NCBI RefSeq assembly: GCF_035594765.1
Contig: NC_085842.1
Location: forward strand, 61,108,782-61,172,781
Reading direction: 5' to 3'
DNA: 64,000 bases
Origin: Anolis carolinensis
Taxonomy: Eukaryota
The notes below the pieces were generated by a model. It saw only the letters and a program-made list of their open reading frames with translations, was not told the DNA's origin and ran no database searches. Within the stretch, counting starts at the first letter, position 1, and every line of letters begins with the position of its first letter. The translations under genes and the position numbers were made by a program. Positions 11,266-24,279 of the stretch are shown here, piece by piece.

Positions 11266-13871
11266 ATGGGAAATAAGCAAGACGAACTCCAACTCTTAGC
11301 ACAGCACCACACATACGATGTCATAGGCATCACTGAAACCTGGTGGGATGACTCCCATCACTGGAATTTAACCATTGAGGGCTATAACCTCTTTCACAGA
11401 AATAGAACAAAGGGGAGAGGAGGGGGAGTAGCTTTATATGTCAAAACCAGTTACATTGCAGAAGAAATGCAAGACTGTAATCCGGGAAACCAGCTTGAAA
11501 GCATCTGGATAAGAATCAAGGGAACCGGGACTCAAAAAGATCTTGTCGTGGGTGTCTACTACAGACCTCCGAGTCAGGATGAAGGACTTGATGAAGCCTT
11601 CTGTCAACAGCTGACCAAACAGGCACAAAGAAGAGATATAGTAGTCATGGGCGATTTCAATTATCCCAATATCTGCTGGAAAACAAACTCAGCCAAGAGT
11701 ACAAAGACCAACAAATTCCTCACTTGCCTTGCAGACAATTTTATGGTCCAGAAGGTAGAAGAGGCAACAAGGGGATCAGCAACTCTTGATCTAATCTTAA
11801 CAAAGGTGGAAGACCTGATCAATACAGTTGAAGTGGTTGGATCCTTAGGGGCAAGTGACCATGTGCTCCTGGAGTTTGCAATACAAAGGAATGCTGAAAC
11901 TAAGACAAGTCAAACACGCATTCTCGACTTTAAGAGAGCTGACTTCCAAAAAATGAAGGAATTACTGAGCGGCATTCCATGGACGCCAATATTAAAAAAC
12001 AAGGGAGTTAAGGATGGATGGGAGTTTTTCAAAAGTGAAATACTCAAGGCGCAAATGCAAACAGTGCCAACAAAGAAGAAAAATAAGACAAGTGCAATGA
12101 AGCCAGAATGGATGTCCAAAGAACTTCTAACTGAGCTAAAGCTCAAAGGTGACATGCACAAGAAGTGGAAAAGTGGAGAAATCACCAAAGAAGAATTCAA
12201 ACGTATAGCCAACACCTGTAGGGAAAATGTTCGCAAGGCTAAAGCGCAAAATGAGCTCAGGCTTGCCAGGGACATAAAAAACAACAAAAAGGCTTTTTTG
12301 CTTACGTTGGTAGAAAAAGGAAGAAAAAGGAGGCGATAGGGCCTCTGCAAGGAGAAGATGGGGTGATGGCGACAGGGGACAGGGAAAAGGCAGAACTGCT
12401 CAATGCCTTCTTTGCCTCGGTCTTCTCACAAAAAGAAAGCCATCTTCAACCTCAGCAACATGGAATGGACGAAGGATTGGGGGAAATCCAACCCCAAATA
12501 GGGAAACAAGTTGTCCAGGAACACCTGGCCTCTCTAAACGAATTCAAGTCCCCAGGGCCAGATCAGCTACATCCAAGAGTATTGAAGGAATTAGCGGAAG
12601 TTATTTCAGAACCACTGGCAATTATCTTCGAGAGTTCTTGGAGAACGGGAGAAGTCCCAGCAGATTGGAGGAGGGCGAATGTGGTCCCTATCTTCAAGAA
12701 GGGAAAAAAGAACGACCCAAACAATTACCGTCCGGTCAGCCTCACATCGATACCAGGCAAGATTCTGGAAAAGATCATCAAGGAAGTGGTCTGCGAACAC
12801 TTAGAAACAAATGCGGTCATTGCTAATAGTCAACACGGATTTACAAAAAACAAGTCATGCCAGACTAATCTGATCTCTTTTTTCGATAGAGTTACGAGTT
12901 GGGTCGATTCAGGGAATGCTGTGGATGTAGCCTACCTGGATTTCAGTAAGCCCTTCGACAAAGTCCCCCACAACCTTCTGGCAAATAAACTAGTAAAATG
13001 TGGGCTAGACAAAACTACGGTTAGGTGGATCTGTAATTGGCTAAGCGAACGAACCCAAAGGGTGCTCACCAATGCGTCATCTTCATCATGGAAAGAAGTG
13101 ACAAGTGGAGTGCCGCAGGGCTCTGTCTTGGGCCCAGTTCTGTTCAACATCTTTATTAACGACTTAGACGAAGGGTTAGAAGGCACGATCATCAAGTTTG
13201 CAGACGACACCAAACTGGGAGGGATAGCCAACACCCCAGAAGACAGAAGCAGAATTCAAAACGATCTTGACAGACTAGAGAGATGGGCCGAAACTAACAA
13301 AATGAAGTTAAACATGAGCCAACAATGTGATGCAGCAGCTAAAAAAGCCAACGGGATTCTGGCCTGCATAAATAGGGGTATAGCATCTAGATCCAGGGAA
13401 GTCATGCTTCCCCTCTATTCTGCCTTGGTCAGACCACACCTGGAATACTGTGTCCAATTCTGGGCACCACAGTTGAAGGGAGATGTTGACAAGCTGGAAA
13501 GCGTCCAGAGGAGGGCGACTAAAATGATTAAGGGTCTGGAGAACAAGCCCTATGAGGAGCGGCTTAAAGAGCTTGGCATGTTTAGCCTGCAGAAGAGAAG
13601 GCTGAGAGGAGACATGATAGCCATGTACAAATACGTGAAGGGAAGTCATAGGGAGGAGGGAGCAAGCTTGTTTTCTGCTGCCCTGCAGACTAGGACACGG
13701 AACAATGGCTTCAAACTACAGGAAAGGAGATTCCACCTGAACATCAGGAAGAACTTCCTCACTGTGAGGGCTGTTCGACAGTGGAACTCTCTCCACCGGG
13801 CTGTGGTGGAGGCTCCTTCCTTGGAGGCTTTTAAGCAGAGGCTGGATGGCCATCTGTCGGGGGTGCTTTGA
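11266..13871 (+). pseudogene. CR1 ORF2 (APE endonuclease plus reverse transcriptase), frameshifted
   Basis: GITETWW, GVYYRPP, MGDFN, LDLIL, SDH; [33 protein letters not shown]; 1 nt missing in the A-run at 12286-12290; in-frame internal deletion at ~13309. Confidence 0.95.
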
Positions 13872-14149
13872 ATGCGATTTCCTGCTTCTTGACAGGGGGT
13901 TGGACTGGATGGCCCATGAGGTCTCTTCCAACTCTACTATTCTATGATTCTAAGACGATTCTTGTACTGGGTACAAATTGAGATTCTCACAAACATTTCC
14001 TCATCTTTGCTAACTGTCTGAACACAGAAACAGTGCATTGAGTAACCTCTTTTGGCAAGTGCCAGTCCTATTGCTTGACAGAGAAAGGCAGTCACCTTAG
14101 GCGACTGGTGACTGCAATGTGTTGGAGGAGCTATACACCAGAAAATCTG

Positions 14150-14320
14150 TTATGTGTTTAATTCATTGTAATGCAATTGTATTTTCTGGTGATATATTTT
14201 AATTTTGTTTTACTGTGCTTGATCCCCATGTAAGCTGCCTGAGTCCCTTTGGGGAGATGGGGCGGGATATAAGAATAAAATTATTATTATCATTATTGTT
14301 ATTAACTATTATTATTGTTA
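14150..14320 (+). mobile_element. L2-type LINE 3' tail fragment
   Basis: T-rich tract, then TGTAAGCTGCCTGAGTCCCTTTGGGGAGATGGGGCGGGATATAAG and an (ATT)n tail; similar to the tails at ~17670 and ~22770. Confidence 0.65.
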
Positions 14321-15732
14321 TTAGCTATTCAAGAAAGATTTCTATAATCGTGTGCCATAGGGGATATTGCCCCCAGCAGTGGATAGTAGATGTCATGTAA
14401 ATCCATTTTGGAGTTTGGTCTGAATTTTAAAGGTACTTTCCAAAGTGCAGAATAGAGAGAATATATTTCAGCACCTTGGATAGCTCCAGATGAAACTGTG
14501 GAATAGGTCTCACTACTTTATTGCCATGGAAGTCACCACTGACTGATATGGGAGATCTGTCCACATTCTAACTTAAGGATGCGGAGGACATAATTTTCCC
14601 ATTATTGTTGGATTTCAGCTCCCAGGATTCCTCATCATTCATTATGCTTAGAGCGCATGGGATTTGCAATCCAACAATACCTGAAGAAGCTACCATTGTT
14701 CTAACGTTCAATTCATTGACTCAAATCCAGTTAATAATCCCAATCATAATAGACCCCTGAATATAGAGTATAGATTTTGTATTATTCCATTGTTTCAGTG
14801 AACTAACAACTATTTTTAAGTGGTACTGTTTCTGTGGCATTCTTTCCTCTATTGGAAGTGTCTTGTGCATATTTTCCCTAAATCCATGAGAATGCCAATC
14901 CTGTTGCATGTGAAGGTAACACATTTAAAAGATTGGCACAATTGCCATTAATTTCATGCATTTGTTGCAATGCCTGACACTCAGCCAGCAGAGGGCCCTG
15001 GACCACACAGAGGCAGCCCTGATTAATTCCAGGCTCTTTAATTAAAAAGAAAAATAGGAAAAACTCAGCATATCCTAATCTCTGAGCATATGGAGAGATA
15101 TGGGGCTTAGTGTGAGTTTATCTACTTCAGAACTTTCCACAGACTTCATTTCTGAAATATAATGTGCATTTGATCTCAACCTAGTGCCAATGTCCTCTTT
15201 CCCATTTCCCTCATGGGCATTCAGTTGCTCTTAAAAGAAGGTGGCTATAAAAAAACTTTGTAAAAAGGAATTTGTTCATCAGAGACTTCCTTAACTGAGG
15301 TATGCCTGTGCACCCAAAACACATTTGTCTTTTTCCAGACAACACCACTGTCAACCACATAGTTTGGAAACTTCATAATGCAATCCAATAAAAGTGTGCT
15401 GCTGATCCAAGACATGTTTTTCTTTTTCTGGAGGACACCACTCTCAATCACATAGTTTGGAAACTTCATAATGCAATTCAGTACATGTGTGATGTTTTTG
15501 TTTATGGGTTTCAAAAGCCAACCTTTTTTGAATTCACCGGGGCAGGGATATGACTGGCATAATTGGGAGTACGGCTTGAGAAGATGGGAAAAACAGCACT
15601 GTTTGATGAAAAACCCATGACAGGCATGGACACCAGGTACTTCAAGCATTGATGGCACCCATCCCATTCCTTTCCCAAACTCACTCTATGCTGCAATACA
15701 GGAAATATTGGGCAGGTCATGTGGAACTATAG

Positions 15733-15866
15733 AAGTGGTTCTCAACCTGAGGTCCCCAGATGTTTTTGACCTACGACTCCCAGAAATCCTAACAGCTGGT
15801 AAACTGGCTGGGATTTCTGGGAGTTGTAGGCCAAAACACCTGGGGACCCCAGATTGAGAATCACTG
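15733..15866. mobile_element. Palindromic hAT MITE
   Basis: TIR (C)AGTGGTTCTCAA / TTGAGAATCACTG; perfect 8 bp TSD AACTATAG (15725-15732, 15867-15874); sister copy at 49297. Confidence 0.93.
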
Positions 15867-16803
15867 AACTATAGATTCAAGCAGACCGGCCTTTCAAGAA
15901 TATGAGGAACGGGTTCCTTTCGACAGAAGGTGAGATCATTTGAGAGCCAGCAGTGCCTCACATGGTGGATCACCAGTTCTGAGAGATGGCTATCATACCA
16001 TACTGACTCGAATAGTCTTGAAGTCAATGCAATGAAGAAAGCTCAGCTGACTTTGCCCCTAGGCAAAATTTTCAGGATTTTAAAGATAAAATTCCCACTG
16101 AAAATCTCTTTCACAATATGTATGAGCACTCTTAGTTTCAAACAGGAGTGCAGAACTTTGGCCAGAGAAATAATCCTAGAATGACATTGACCCTCCCCAC
16201 TATGTGAATTACACTTGCCGCGATTGTTGGAATTCAGCAGCAATCCAGAACCTACACTTAAAATCTGCAGCTAGTACAAAGGTCGGCAGCCAGGCTCCTA
16301 ACAGGTGCTGGCTATAGGGGCACACAATGCCCCTATTGAAACAGCTCCACTGGCTGCCGATAAACTGCCGGGCCCAATTCAAGGTGCAGGTACTGACCTA
16401 TAAAGACCTATACAGCTCAGGCCCTACCTATCTCCGTGATTGCATCTCCCCCTATGAACCAGCACTGGTTTTAACATCTGCCGGGGAGGCCCTTCTCTCG
16501 CTCCCACCACTGTTCCAAGTGAGGTTGGTGGGGATAAGAGAGCGGGTCTTCTCGATGGTGCCCCCTCAGCTCTGGAACACCCTCCCCAAGAGATCAGGCA
16601 AGCCCCTACATTGCCCTCTTTCCGCAAGGAACTGAAAACCTGATGGTTCCAGGAGGTCTTTGAGCAAGATTAGTTGACTGTTCAACATGTTGACCTTGGT
16701 CTACACACTATCCACCCCCAGGGCCTATGATACTCTGAAGTACAAGTCTTTACCCATCTTTTAATTGATTATGTCTACCTCGCAGCCCTGATTAGTGTAT
16801 TGG

Positions 16804-17719
16804 TGTGATGTCCCATGGCCCTCTAGGTCGTGACCCTGGCACCATTGTGGATCACAGTGATGAAGAAGCGGGATTTCTGCCGCTTCAGCAAGAAGTTGTT
16901 CCTGTCCAGATGCCTTTTGTTGACAATTCTAGCTTGGAGCTCATTAAACAGGACCTTGAACAGACACTTATTCCCAGCACCTCTCTCCCCTTTGCGAGAA
17001 GGGAGTTTTTGGAAGCTGGCCGCTTAGAAAAATCGCAAACACGAAGAAGCGCCAGATTAGCGGCCAGAGAGGGAGTTATTTAGCTCGTTTCCCCTGAGAA
17101 TTCTCAGGGAGGATCGCATCTGGACGAAGATGTTGTTTCAGTTCTTTTCCCTTGGGAAAAGGAGCTTTGGACACCTGCTTTGTAGGAATAATTGAAGTTC
17201 TTTAAAAGTTCCCCGCACTGACTAATCCGTGCGGAGTCAACAAGTCAGTTCGAAGGATTAACTTCGGTTCCAGCCAAGTGTGGACTGCGTTTAGGTCCGC
17301 TAACTTCCAGTCTCATCGTGTCTTGCCTTGCCGTGTTTCTTGTCCTGTTCCACCGTGTTTCCAGCCTTGCATCTTCGTGTCAAGTATCCAGTCTTGTCTT
17401 CAATCCTTTGCCTTGGAATTACTTTGAACTCTAGAAAAATAAGCACTTTATTAGAACTAGATCGTATATCGCACTCTGCACTTGCCCTAGAAGCCTTATA
17501 TATCACCTGTCACATCAGCACTTTTAATCTTGTATCCATTACTCTGGCCCGGCCCAGTTTTATTGTGTTTTAGCGTATTGTTTATTGCTTGTTGTTTATA
17601 CTGTTTTAATTGTTTTTAATTTGCCTTTTGTTTTGTATTGTTATATTGTGTGTTGAGGCCTTGGCCTTTGTAAGCCGCATCGAGTCCTTTGGGAGATGCT
17701 AGCGGGGTACAAATAAAGT

Positions 17720-17755
<36 letters not shown>

Positions 17756-18009
17756 TCTTGGACGTTTTTCCCCACTCAAACTGCTTGGAAGTTTGAGTGT
17801 GTTTCGGTTTGGATTATAACTTTGAACTCTAATATTATATACTGGACATTATTCTATTGGACTATATTTGACCTTCTCTGAAAGGTCTATTACTGAACTA
17901 TATACTCTGCTTATTTTTGTTCTAAAATATTAATCCCTTAATAAAGATATTAGACTGTTATTGGCCTCCGTGTATTGGTTCCCAGTGCTCTAGCTGCCAG
18001 GGCGTGACA
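16804..18009 (+). mobile_element. Solo LTR (Gypsy/BEL-like)
   Basis: TG...CA ends with imperfect terminal inverted repeat (TGTGATGTCCC / GGGCGTGACA); 5 bp TSD ATTGG (16799-16803, 18010-18014); AATAAA at ~17940. Confidence 0.85.
17440..17752 (+). mobile_element. Younger L2-type 3' end with (TAA)n tail inserted in the solo LTR
   Basis: T-rich UTR, TGTAAGCCGCATCGAGTCCTTTGGGAGATGCTAGCGGGGTAC, then (TAA)n; 5' edge approximate. Confidence 0.75.
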
Positions 18010-18194
18010 ATTGGACTCCTTCATGTTGAAGGCACTGTAACTGTGTTCATTTTAGACTGAACTGTTTTTACTGCTGTTTTATGATATTATTTTTATTATG
18101 TTTATTTGTTCATGTCGTTGTATGTTGTTTTGACCACTGACTGTTTTGTACATGCTAGAAACTGCCCTGAGTCCTCTCGAGGAGGTGGAGTGGT

Positions 18195-18195
18195 A

Positions 18196-18250
<55 letters not shown>
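18195..18250. repeat. (TAT)n microsatellite
   Basis: Direct trinucleotide array; explains the poly-Tyr ORF. Confidence 0.95.
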
Positions 18251-19505
18251 TGAGAGAAAGGCAGGGCATAAATTCAATACATGCATACATACCAGCAGGA
18301 ATTTCTCATTTGAAAGGGCTTTTCTGATTTGTCACCAAAATCCAGGACTGTTAAGAACTCATTCTGGAATTTCTCCCCCCCCCCCCAAATCAAATTGCCC
18401 CCCTGTAGGGCATGTGCCCCCCTGTTGGGATACAGGGCCTGAGATCTGCTACTTGCCTTCCAACTTTTATTTTTCTTTGCCACCGCAATTTAAAATGGGG
18501 TAGGGGGAGATAAAAATTACAATCTGTGAATTTTCTGCTTTTGCAAACAAAATGAAGGGAGCAAATAGGATAACCTTATCCTTCTTCAAAAATATTGCAA
18601 CATTAAATGAGTTTGCAAGTTAGTTGGATATCTCTTATTCAAGTGTTGCTGTTCTGCAGTGTGTTGTTCAGACCCCCGCCCAATAAACTTTTCAGCAAGA
18701 GCCAATCCTCTTAATTAAATTATTGCCAAATTACACAACTGGTGCAAAGCAAAAGCACATCATAGCCATGTTACTTGTGTGCCTTTGGGAATCATTTTGA
18801 GTAATAAATGATGGGCTCTTGGGTTACTGCCCACGTTTCTGCCCTGTACTGCAGTATAGTGGTGGAGGATAAACACGCTCTTGTGTCAATAGTCCTGTTG
18901 TATTAAGAGGACTTGGAGTTCTTATCTGTTAATGTTCAAGGACTGCAAATTAATGCGGTCAAAACAGCCCTGCTGCCTACGTAGGGATGAGATGCAAAGC
19001 CTTTCACTATTAGCCCAGGCTTCTGGCTTTGACATATATGCCACTCCAGTTAACACATGGTGGGTTACAGATTGTCATCCTTGCATCTGGTGTGCTTGCG
19101 GATTGGGGATTTGACAAACTTTACTTTACTAGAGACAATACAGGAAAAGGATTTTCACCTTTATCATTAAAAGGGCAAGAAATATATGTCCAATGACAGA
19201 TTTGTAGCTTCCCCAGAAAAGTCTGAATGTTTTTGAATATTTATATTTTAATCTCTCTGTCTCCCCCGCTAAACTAGGAAAGAGCTGATCTGTGAATGCT
19301 TTTTTCTCAGATTCCCTCCTTTTCTCACCTCTTAGTCTGTTCCATTGAGATCTGGGAGATTTTTAAAATAAAAAATAAATGCTATGGCCTGAAAGAGAAC
19401 TCTTATCTGAAGTGAATGACTGCTTTGAAAGGGAATGAAAATATTGGCATGTAGTTTGGGGATCCAAGCACTTTCTTTATTCCCTTCTTGTTCTAGCTGA
19501 GGGAT

Positions 19506-19562
19506 GCTGCTGCTGCTGCTCAGTCGCGTAGTTGTTTCCGACTCTTCATGACCTCATGGACC
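19506..19562 (-). mobile_element. 57 bp 3' tip of a BovB-related RTE LINE
   Basis: 11 bp TSD AGCTGAGGGAT (19495-19505, 19563-19573); (CAG)n tail; matches 27810-27950 and 63210-63345. Confidence 0.85.
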
Positions 19563-20974
19563 AGCTGAGGGATAGGGGGCATATAATTCCTTTTATCTCT
19601 TGTTGCTGATAATGTTGCCTAGGGTGCTACAAAGGAAAAGGCTCATTGCATGAGTTGCTGCGACTACCAGGGAAAAAAGCCAGATCACCAGTCTAATCAG
19701 AGAAGGAAGCTGTAAGACTGTGCTAGCCAGTTAGTTCAGGGGGCTTCTGGAATGCTCTAACTATTGGCAATGGCTCAATGATGTCAACCACTAAATGATA
19801 TTGAGAAATTGGATCCCAAATGATGAATTATTATTTGTGGCTCCATTGGAAAACATAGTCAGCCGCATGGTCATTTCTAATTGCCCTAAAAAAGTAACTT
19901 TTCTATGAAATTCACTAGAAATTTCCAGAATGCAAACACAACTCAACTTTGCCTCACCCTCATCTAGAGAAATTCATCACAATCCTCACATAATTAATTA
20001 GGGAGAATGGGAGAGGGACATACAATGGATCTGAGTCAGAACCTTTTGGGTTTCGTTTATCTATCTGACATGATATCTGGGCTAGTCTCATAATGTTCCC
20101 CTTTCCCCAGACCTCTGAATCAGCTCCCTGGTGAGAGGTCTATTGACTAACCAACACCTGAGAGCACTTTATTGATAAGATTAACCCTATTGTGTCAACC
20201 AGAGTCAACCCATTAAAACCATCATGGACTTATTTCTCAGTGCCACACCATATTCCTTTCTGATCACTACCTTCTCAGAGGCGGATCAATAAATGGACTC
20301 CCACATCAAATGCTCCAATGACAGTTTACTGAATGTCCAGCCATATGAAGAGCCAGCCAGTGATGATGTTCAACTTAGTCCTGAGCAACTCAAAAAGTGG
20401 ATCCTATCCAGATAGTTTCTCCACCAATCAGTGGCACAGGTTTCTTGAAAAGCTGTCAAATGAAATAAAAATGCTCTGGATTTGCAATTGCGGAATGTCA
20501 GTACTTCGGAGTGCTTTCTCTACTGTCATCTTCTTTGGCCATTGGGAATAAGCCTCTGATTTTGCCTTCTGTGTCTCACCCGGTCTTCTGGGAAGCTAGA
20601 CACGCCGGTTACTCAAATTCACTATTTAGCATAGTTGAAATCACTCAAAATAAATGCCTTGGGAAAATGTTAGAGGCTATGGAAATAAGAAACAAATACA
20701 AATACACAAAATGGTGAAAATAGAAACCATGATCACCATTACAAATGGATGACTCCGCAAAGGAACATGGTTGGTAAATATGATGTCTGAGGGATTTGCG
20801 GAGTTATAGTTCAAAACAAAAATTTCCATACACTGATTTGGGGAAATAATTGTGCTAATTTTTATCTACAGTTTCCACAATCCCTAGTGAAGATTCCTTC
20901 AACCTTTTCTAACACAGTGCTGCTTCTTAATTTGCTATGTCAGGTTAATTCAATATCTGCTATAGTGAGATCAT

Positions 20975-21370
20975 AGATACACAGAAACATAGAATCTTGG
21001 AGTTGGAAGGACCTAAAGAACCATCTAGTCTAACTCACTGCAGTGTACACAGCTAAACTACTCCTGAAAAAGGCCTATCCAACCTCTGTTTAAAGACTTC
21101 ATAAAGTGGAGAGAGTACCATCCCTCAAGATAGCCTATTTCACTGTCAAATAGCCCTTCAAGTCAAGAAATTCTTTCTCATATTTAAATTGAATGGTTTT
21201 TCTTGTAATATAAATCCATTGGTTCATGTTCCAGATTCTGGTCCAGCAGTAAATAAGTTGGCTCCATCTTCCATATGAGATCCCTTCAGATATTTAAGAG
21301 GCTATCATGTCACCTCTCAGCACGTTGTTCTCCAAGCTAAATATACCCAACTCCCTAAGTTGTTTCTCAT
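20975..21370 (-). mobile_element. Old CR1 3' fragment
   Basis: CATAGAATC tail and reverse-complement similarity to 13560-13950. Confidence 0.75.
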
Positions 21371-22289
21371 GCTGCAGCTTATTTCTATTTAAACCATTAT
21401 GCTCAAATATAGTTGGTGTATGTGTGTATATATATATACTGACACATAAGAGATTTTATGTAAATCCTGGTTCGCTTTATAACTGACTGCTTTCCTTTTT
21501 TATCTTGTTTAATTAATATGCTTCCTCTTTTCGAAATACTGTGTCTTGCCACCCACTGTGCCTTCCTCCACTTTTAGAGGTGCTGCTGCTGGGAAAGACA
21601 ACCAGGACAATATTCTAGGACCTTAGGCCTAGGGACCCAGCCCACCCCTCTGAGTTTACCCAAAAGCATCCTAATGATTTCCTTTGATGGATCCCCAGCT
21701 TTGGAGGGAGGTTTTCCCCATTCTGGAAGGTTGCAATGCCCCTCCTTAACTACTAGCAGTAAGAGCTCTATGCCAAATATATTGGTGTATTTATGCTCTT
21801 TTGTCCCTAGTCCTGTCCACAGCTGGAATGTGACTGCCAAGATGCTCTCTGATGTGCAATTTGGTCCTCAGGCTGAAAGAAATTTTCCATTCTTGTTATG
21901 TGTAGGAGCATGCTGTCCCACTCTGCCACCACCTTGGTGATAAGAAGTTGTCTCTTTCAACACTCCATTATTATTTCCGCAGGCTTTGAACTGAGGGCAT
22001 TTTATCTACCAAGATATCTTTTTATCTATTGCATTTGCCCTCCCCTCTTTTGGTTAGGTTTTGTTTTTCAAGTCTGATTGTGCTTTCCAAATGGTAATAC
22101 CAGCAGGTGTTCCCTCAGGTCTTTCCAAGAAATACACTGTTGTAAATGATTAATTGATCTATTGATGGTATTTCAAGGCCAATCAATGAAGTTTCTTTGC
22201 ACGAACATATCTGCTATTGTTTTTGAAATGCCATTGTATCAATTACTGACTAAATAATATTGCTGTTGTTATTCTTACTAATTTGATTT

Positions 22290-22937
22290 ACAGTCAAACG
22301 TTTGCTCTCCACGTTTTCTGGAGTTAGAGGCACAGGATTACCATAAAAGTGAAAAGCCACAAATAAAGAAATTGCTATTTTTTCTGCCTGAGAAAACACT
22401 TCTCTAGAAATTTCTAAGTCTTCCAGCATGACTTCTTCTGGAAGCTGAATACAGATTTGCATCGGAAGACTTAGAAAGAGGTGTTCTCTCTACATATCTT
22501 TTTAAAAAAATTTTTTTTAGAAAAAAACGTAAAACCCGGCTTTTTATGCAGGCGTTTGGTGAATAGGAAACTACAGAATGAGACTTTAACAGTTTGAATA
22601 ATGGACTATGGATTTTGGACATGAGATCATGACTCGTCATTTTATATGGTTTTAATCTGTTAAATGATTGATTTGTGTTTTAATTGCTTATATATTTAGA
22701 TTGTTTATATTTTGATGAGATGTGGTTTATTGTTTACCTGTGTGGCATTGAATTTTTGCTGGATCTGTAAGCTGCCCTGAGTCCCCCCGGGGTTGAGAAA
22801 GGTGGGGTAAAAATGAAGTAAATAATAATAAATATCTTTAGGTCCTCCAACATGTCGAATGAGAGAGAACATTGTAATTAAATCCATGAATAATCAAATC
22901 CATAGGAATCAAAATCACAAATGCGGAGGGACAATTG
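22290..22937. mobile_element. Tc1/Mariner-type MITE interrupted by an L2-type 3' end (~22460-22833)
   Basis: TA-flanked degenerate TIRs; both flanking halves resemble 60499-60831; inner piece has an L2-like tail TGTAAGCTGCCCTGAGTCCCC...AATAATAATAAATA. Confidence 0.6.
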
Positions 22938-24279
22938 TATATACAACCTTTCTCCCATGATGAAACCCACGTGGCTTCCAAAAATAGCAAATTAAAAACA
23001 GTTTACAATAAAAATTAGAAACAGTTAAAATCACATTTATAAAACATTTAAAAATACATTAAAACATGCAAAAGCTGAGCAAAACTATCTTGCAGGTCTG
23101 ATTCTAAGATGTCAATAGGTACAGCTGTTTTTGGAGAGCTATGTTTGACAGCATAAAAAATAAAAAGAGAGGAGGAAATAAGAAACTTATTGAATACTAA
23201 TTATTTTAGAATGAAGCTTTGTGGATTTCAATCCACCTCTTTAGACAGATTGATGGAGTTAATATCAAATCACAAGTACCTTATAAGTTACACAATTGCA
23301 TTCCCCCAACATTTCCCAGATTAAACCTGGAAACACATGGCCAAGAAACATTAGAATATGGTCAAGAAGAGGAAAATATGTAATGAGAAAGAACACACCA
23401 GCTAGGAGGGGCTGCAACAGGTTGCTTTTGTCTGTTGCCATAGGTTGCTCACTGGGAAGAGTGAAATTCTGCCTCTCCCCTAACCAAAAGTGAACTGCTT
23501 TTGCAGTTGGAGAAAGACCATTCCCAAACAGCTCGGAGAGCTTATGGTGGTCAGAGGAGACAGCATAACTGCTGGGCCAATTGAATAATCCATCTGATAA
23601 ATAGCTATACTGAGGAGATGGTTGTTCACAAGGGAAATGAAGCTAATGTTAAAAAAAGTAGTTCAGAATTGTTTTTGCCCCATCCCCACCTTTTAAACAC
23701 TAGTTTCAACATATTCTCTATTCTTTTTGGACTGGATGGCAAGGGATTGTACTTGTATGGTCCTTGGGGTCTTTCCCAACTCTCTGATTATACGATCCTA
23801 CAACTCCCAAAATTCTCTAGTTAAAATATCCCCATGATATCTTCATCCTAACTAGTGACTATTTCAAAGCAAATGAGGAAGAAGTTACTGTTATTGCTGT
23901 TCTTCTTCTAGAAGAAAACTGCACTGTGCTTGTATAAGTCATCTGACTCGTGCTAATATTAATCTGCAACAGGAACAAGGGTGTTACTCTTTGATCTCTG
24001 TACAGTCATAAGATTGTAACATTCCCATTGAATTTATCATGCCCTCCAACATTTCACACATGAAAACATGTGTGGCCAAGCAGGGTCAGAGTGTACTCAA
24101 GATGTCAGCAGTTATTAACAAGCAAGAGCAGATTGGCAGGAGAGGTTTGCTTTTGTCTGGGTTCCTGGGATAAGCAAGATGCTGCCTGTTCCTCCCGCCT
24201 GCTAATGGTGTGCAGACCACTTTTGTACTTCGAATTCACTTTGCAGCAATTGAGCTAAGCTGAGGACAAAGGAGGAGAA

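Larger units (their letters stand above)
10133..13950 (+). mobile_element. Young, 5'-truncated ~3.8 kb CR1 LINE (partial ORF1 plus ORF2)
   Basis: SGNH-type ORF1, APE endonuclease, RT and CR1 3'UTR/tail (TATTCTATGATTC); 5' boundary approximate. Confidence 0.96.
16255..18270 (+). mobile_element. L2 LINE 3' portion, interrupted by a solo LTR
   Basis: LQLVQRSAARLL and PLLKQLHWLPINCRAQFKV peptides; T-rich 3'UTR resumes after 18014; boundaries approximate. Confidence 0.8.

Noticed and set aside
15245-15667. 140 aa minus-strand ORF with a repeated CIMKFPNYV
   Set aside because: Explained by the 93 bp DNA duplication; no known protein similarity recognised
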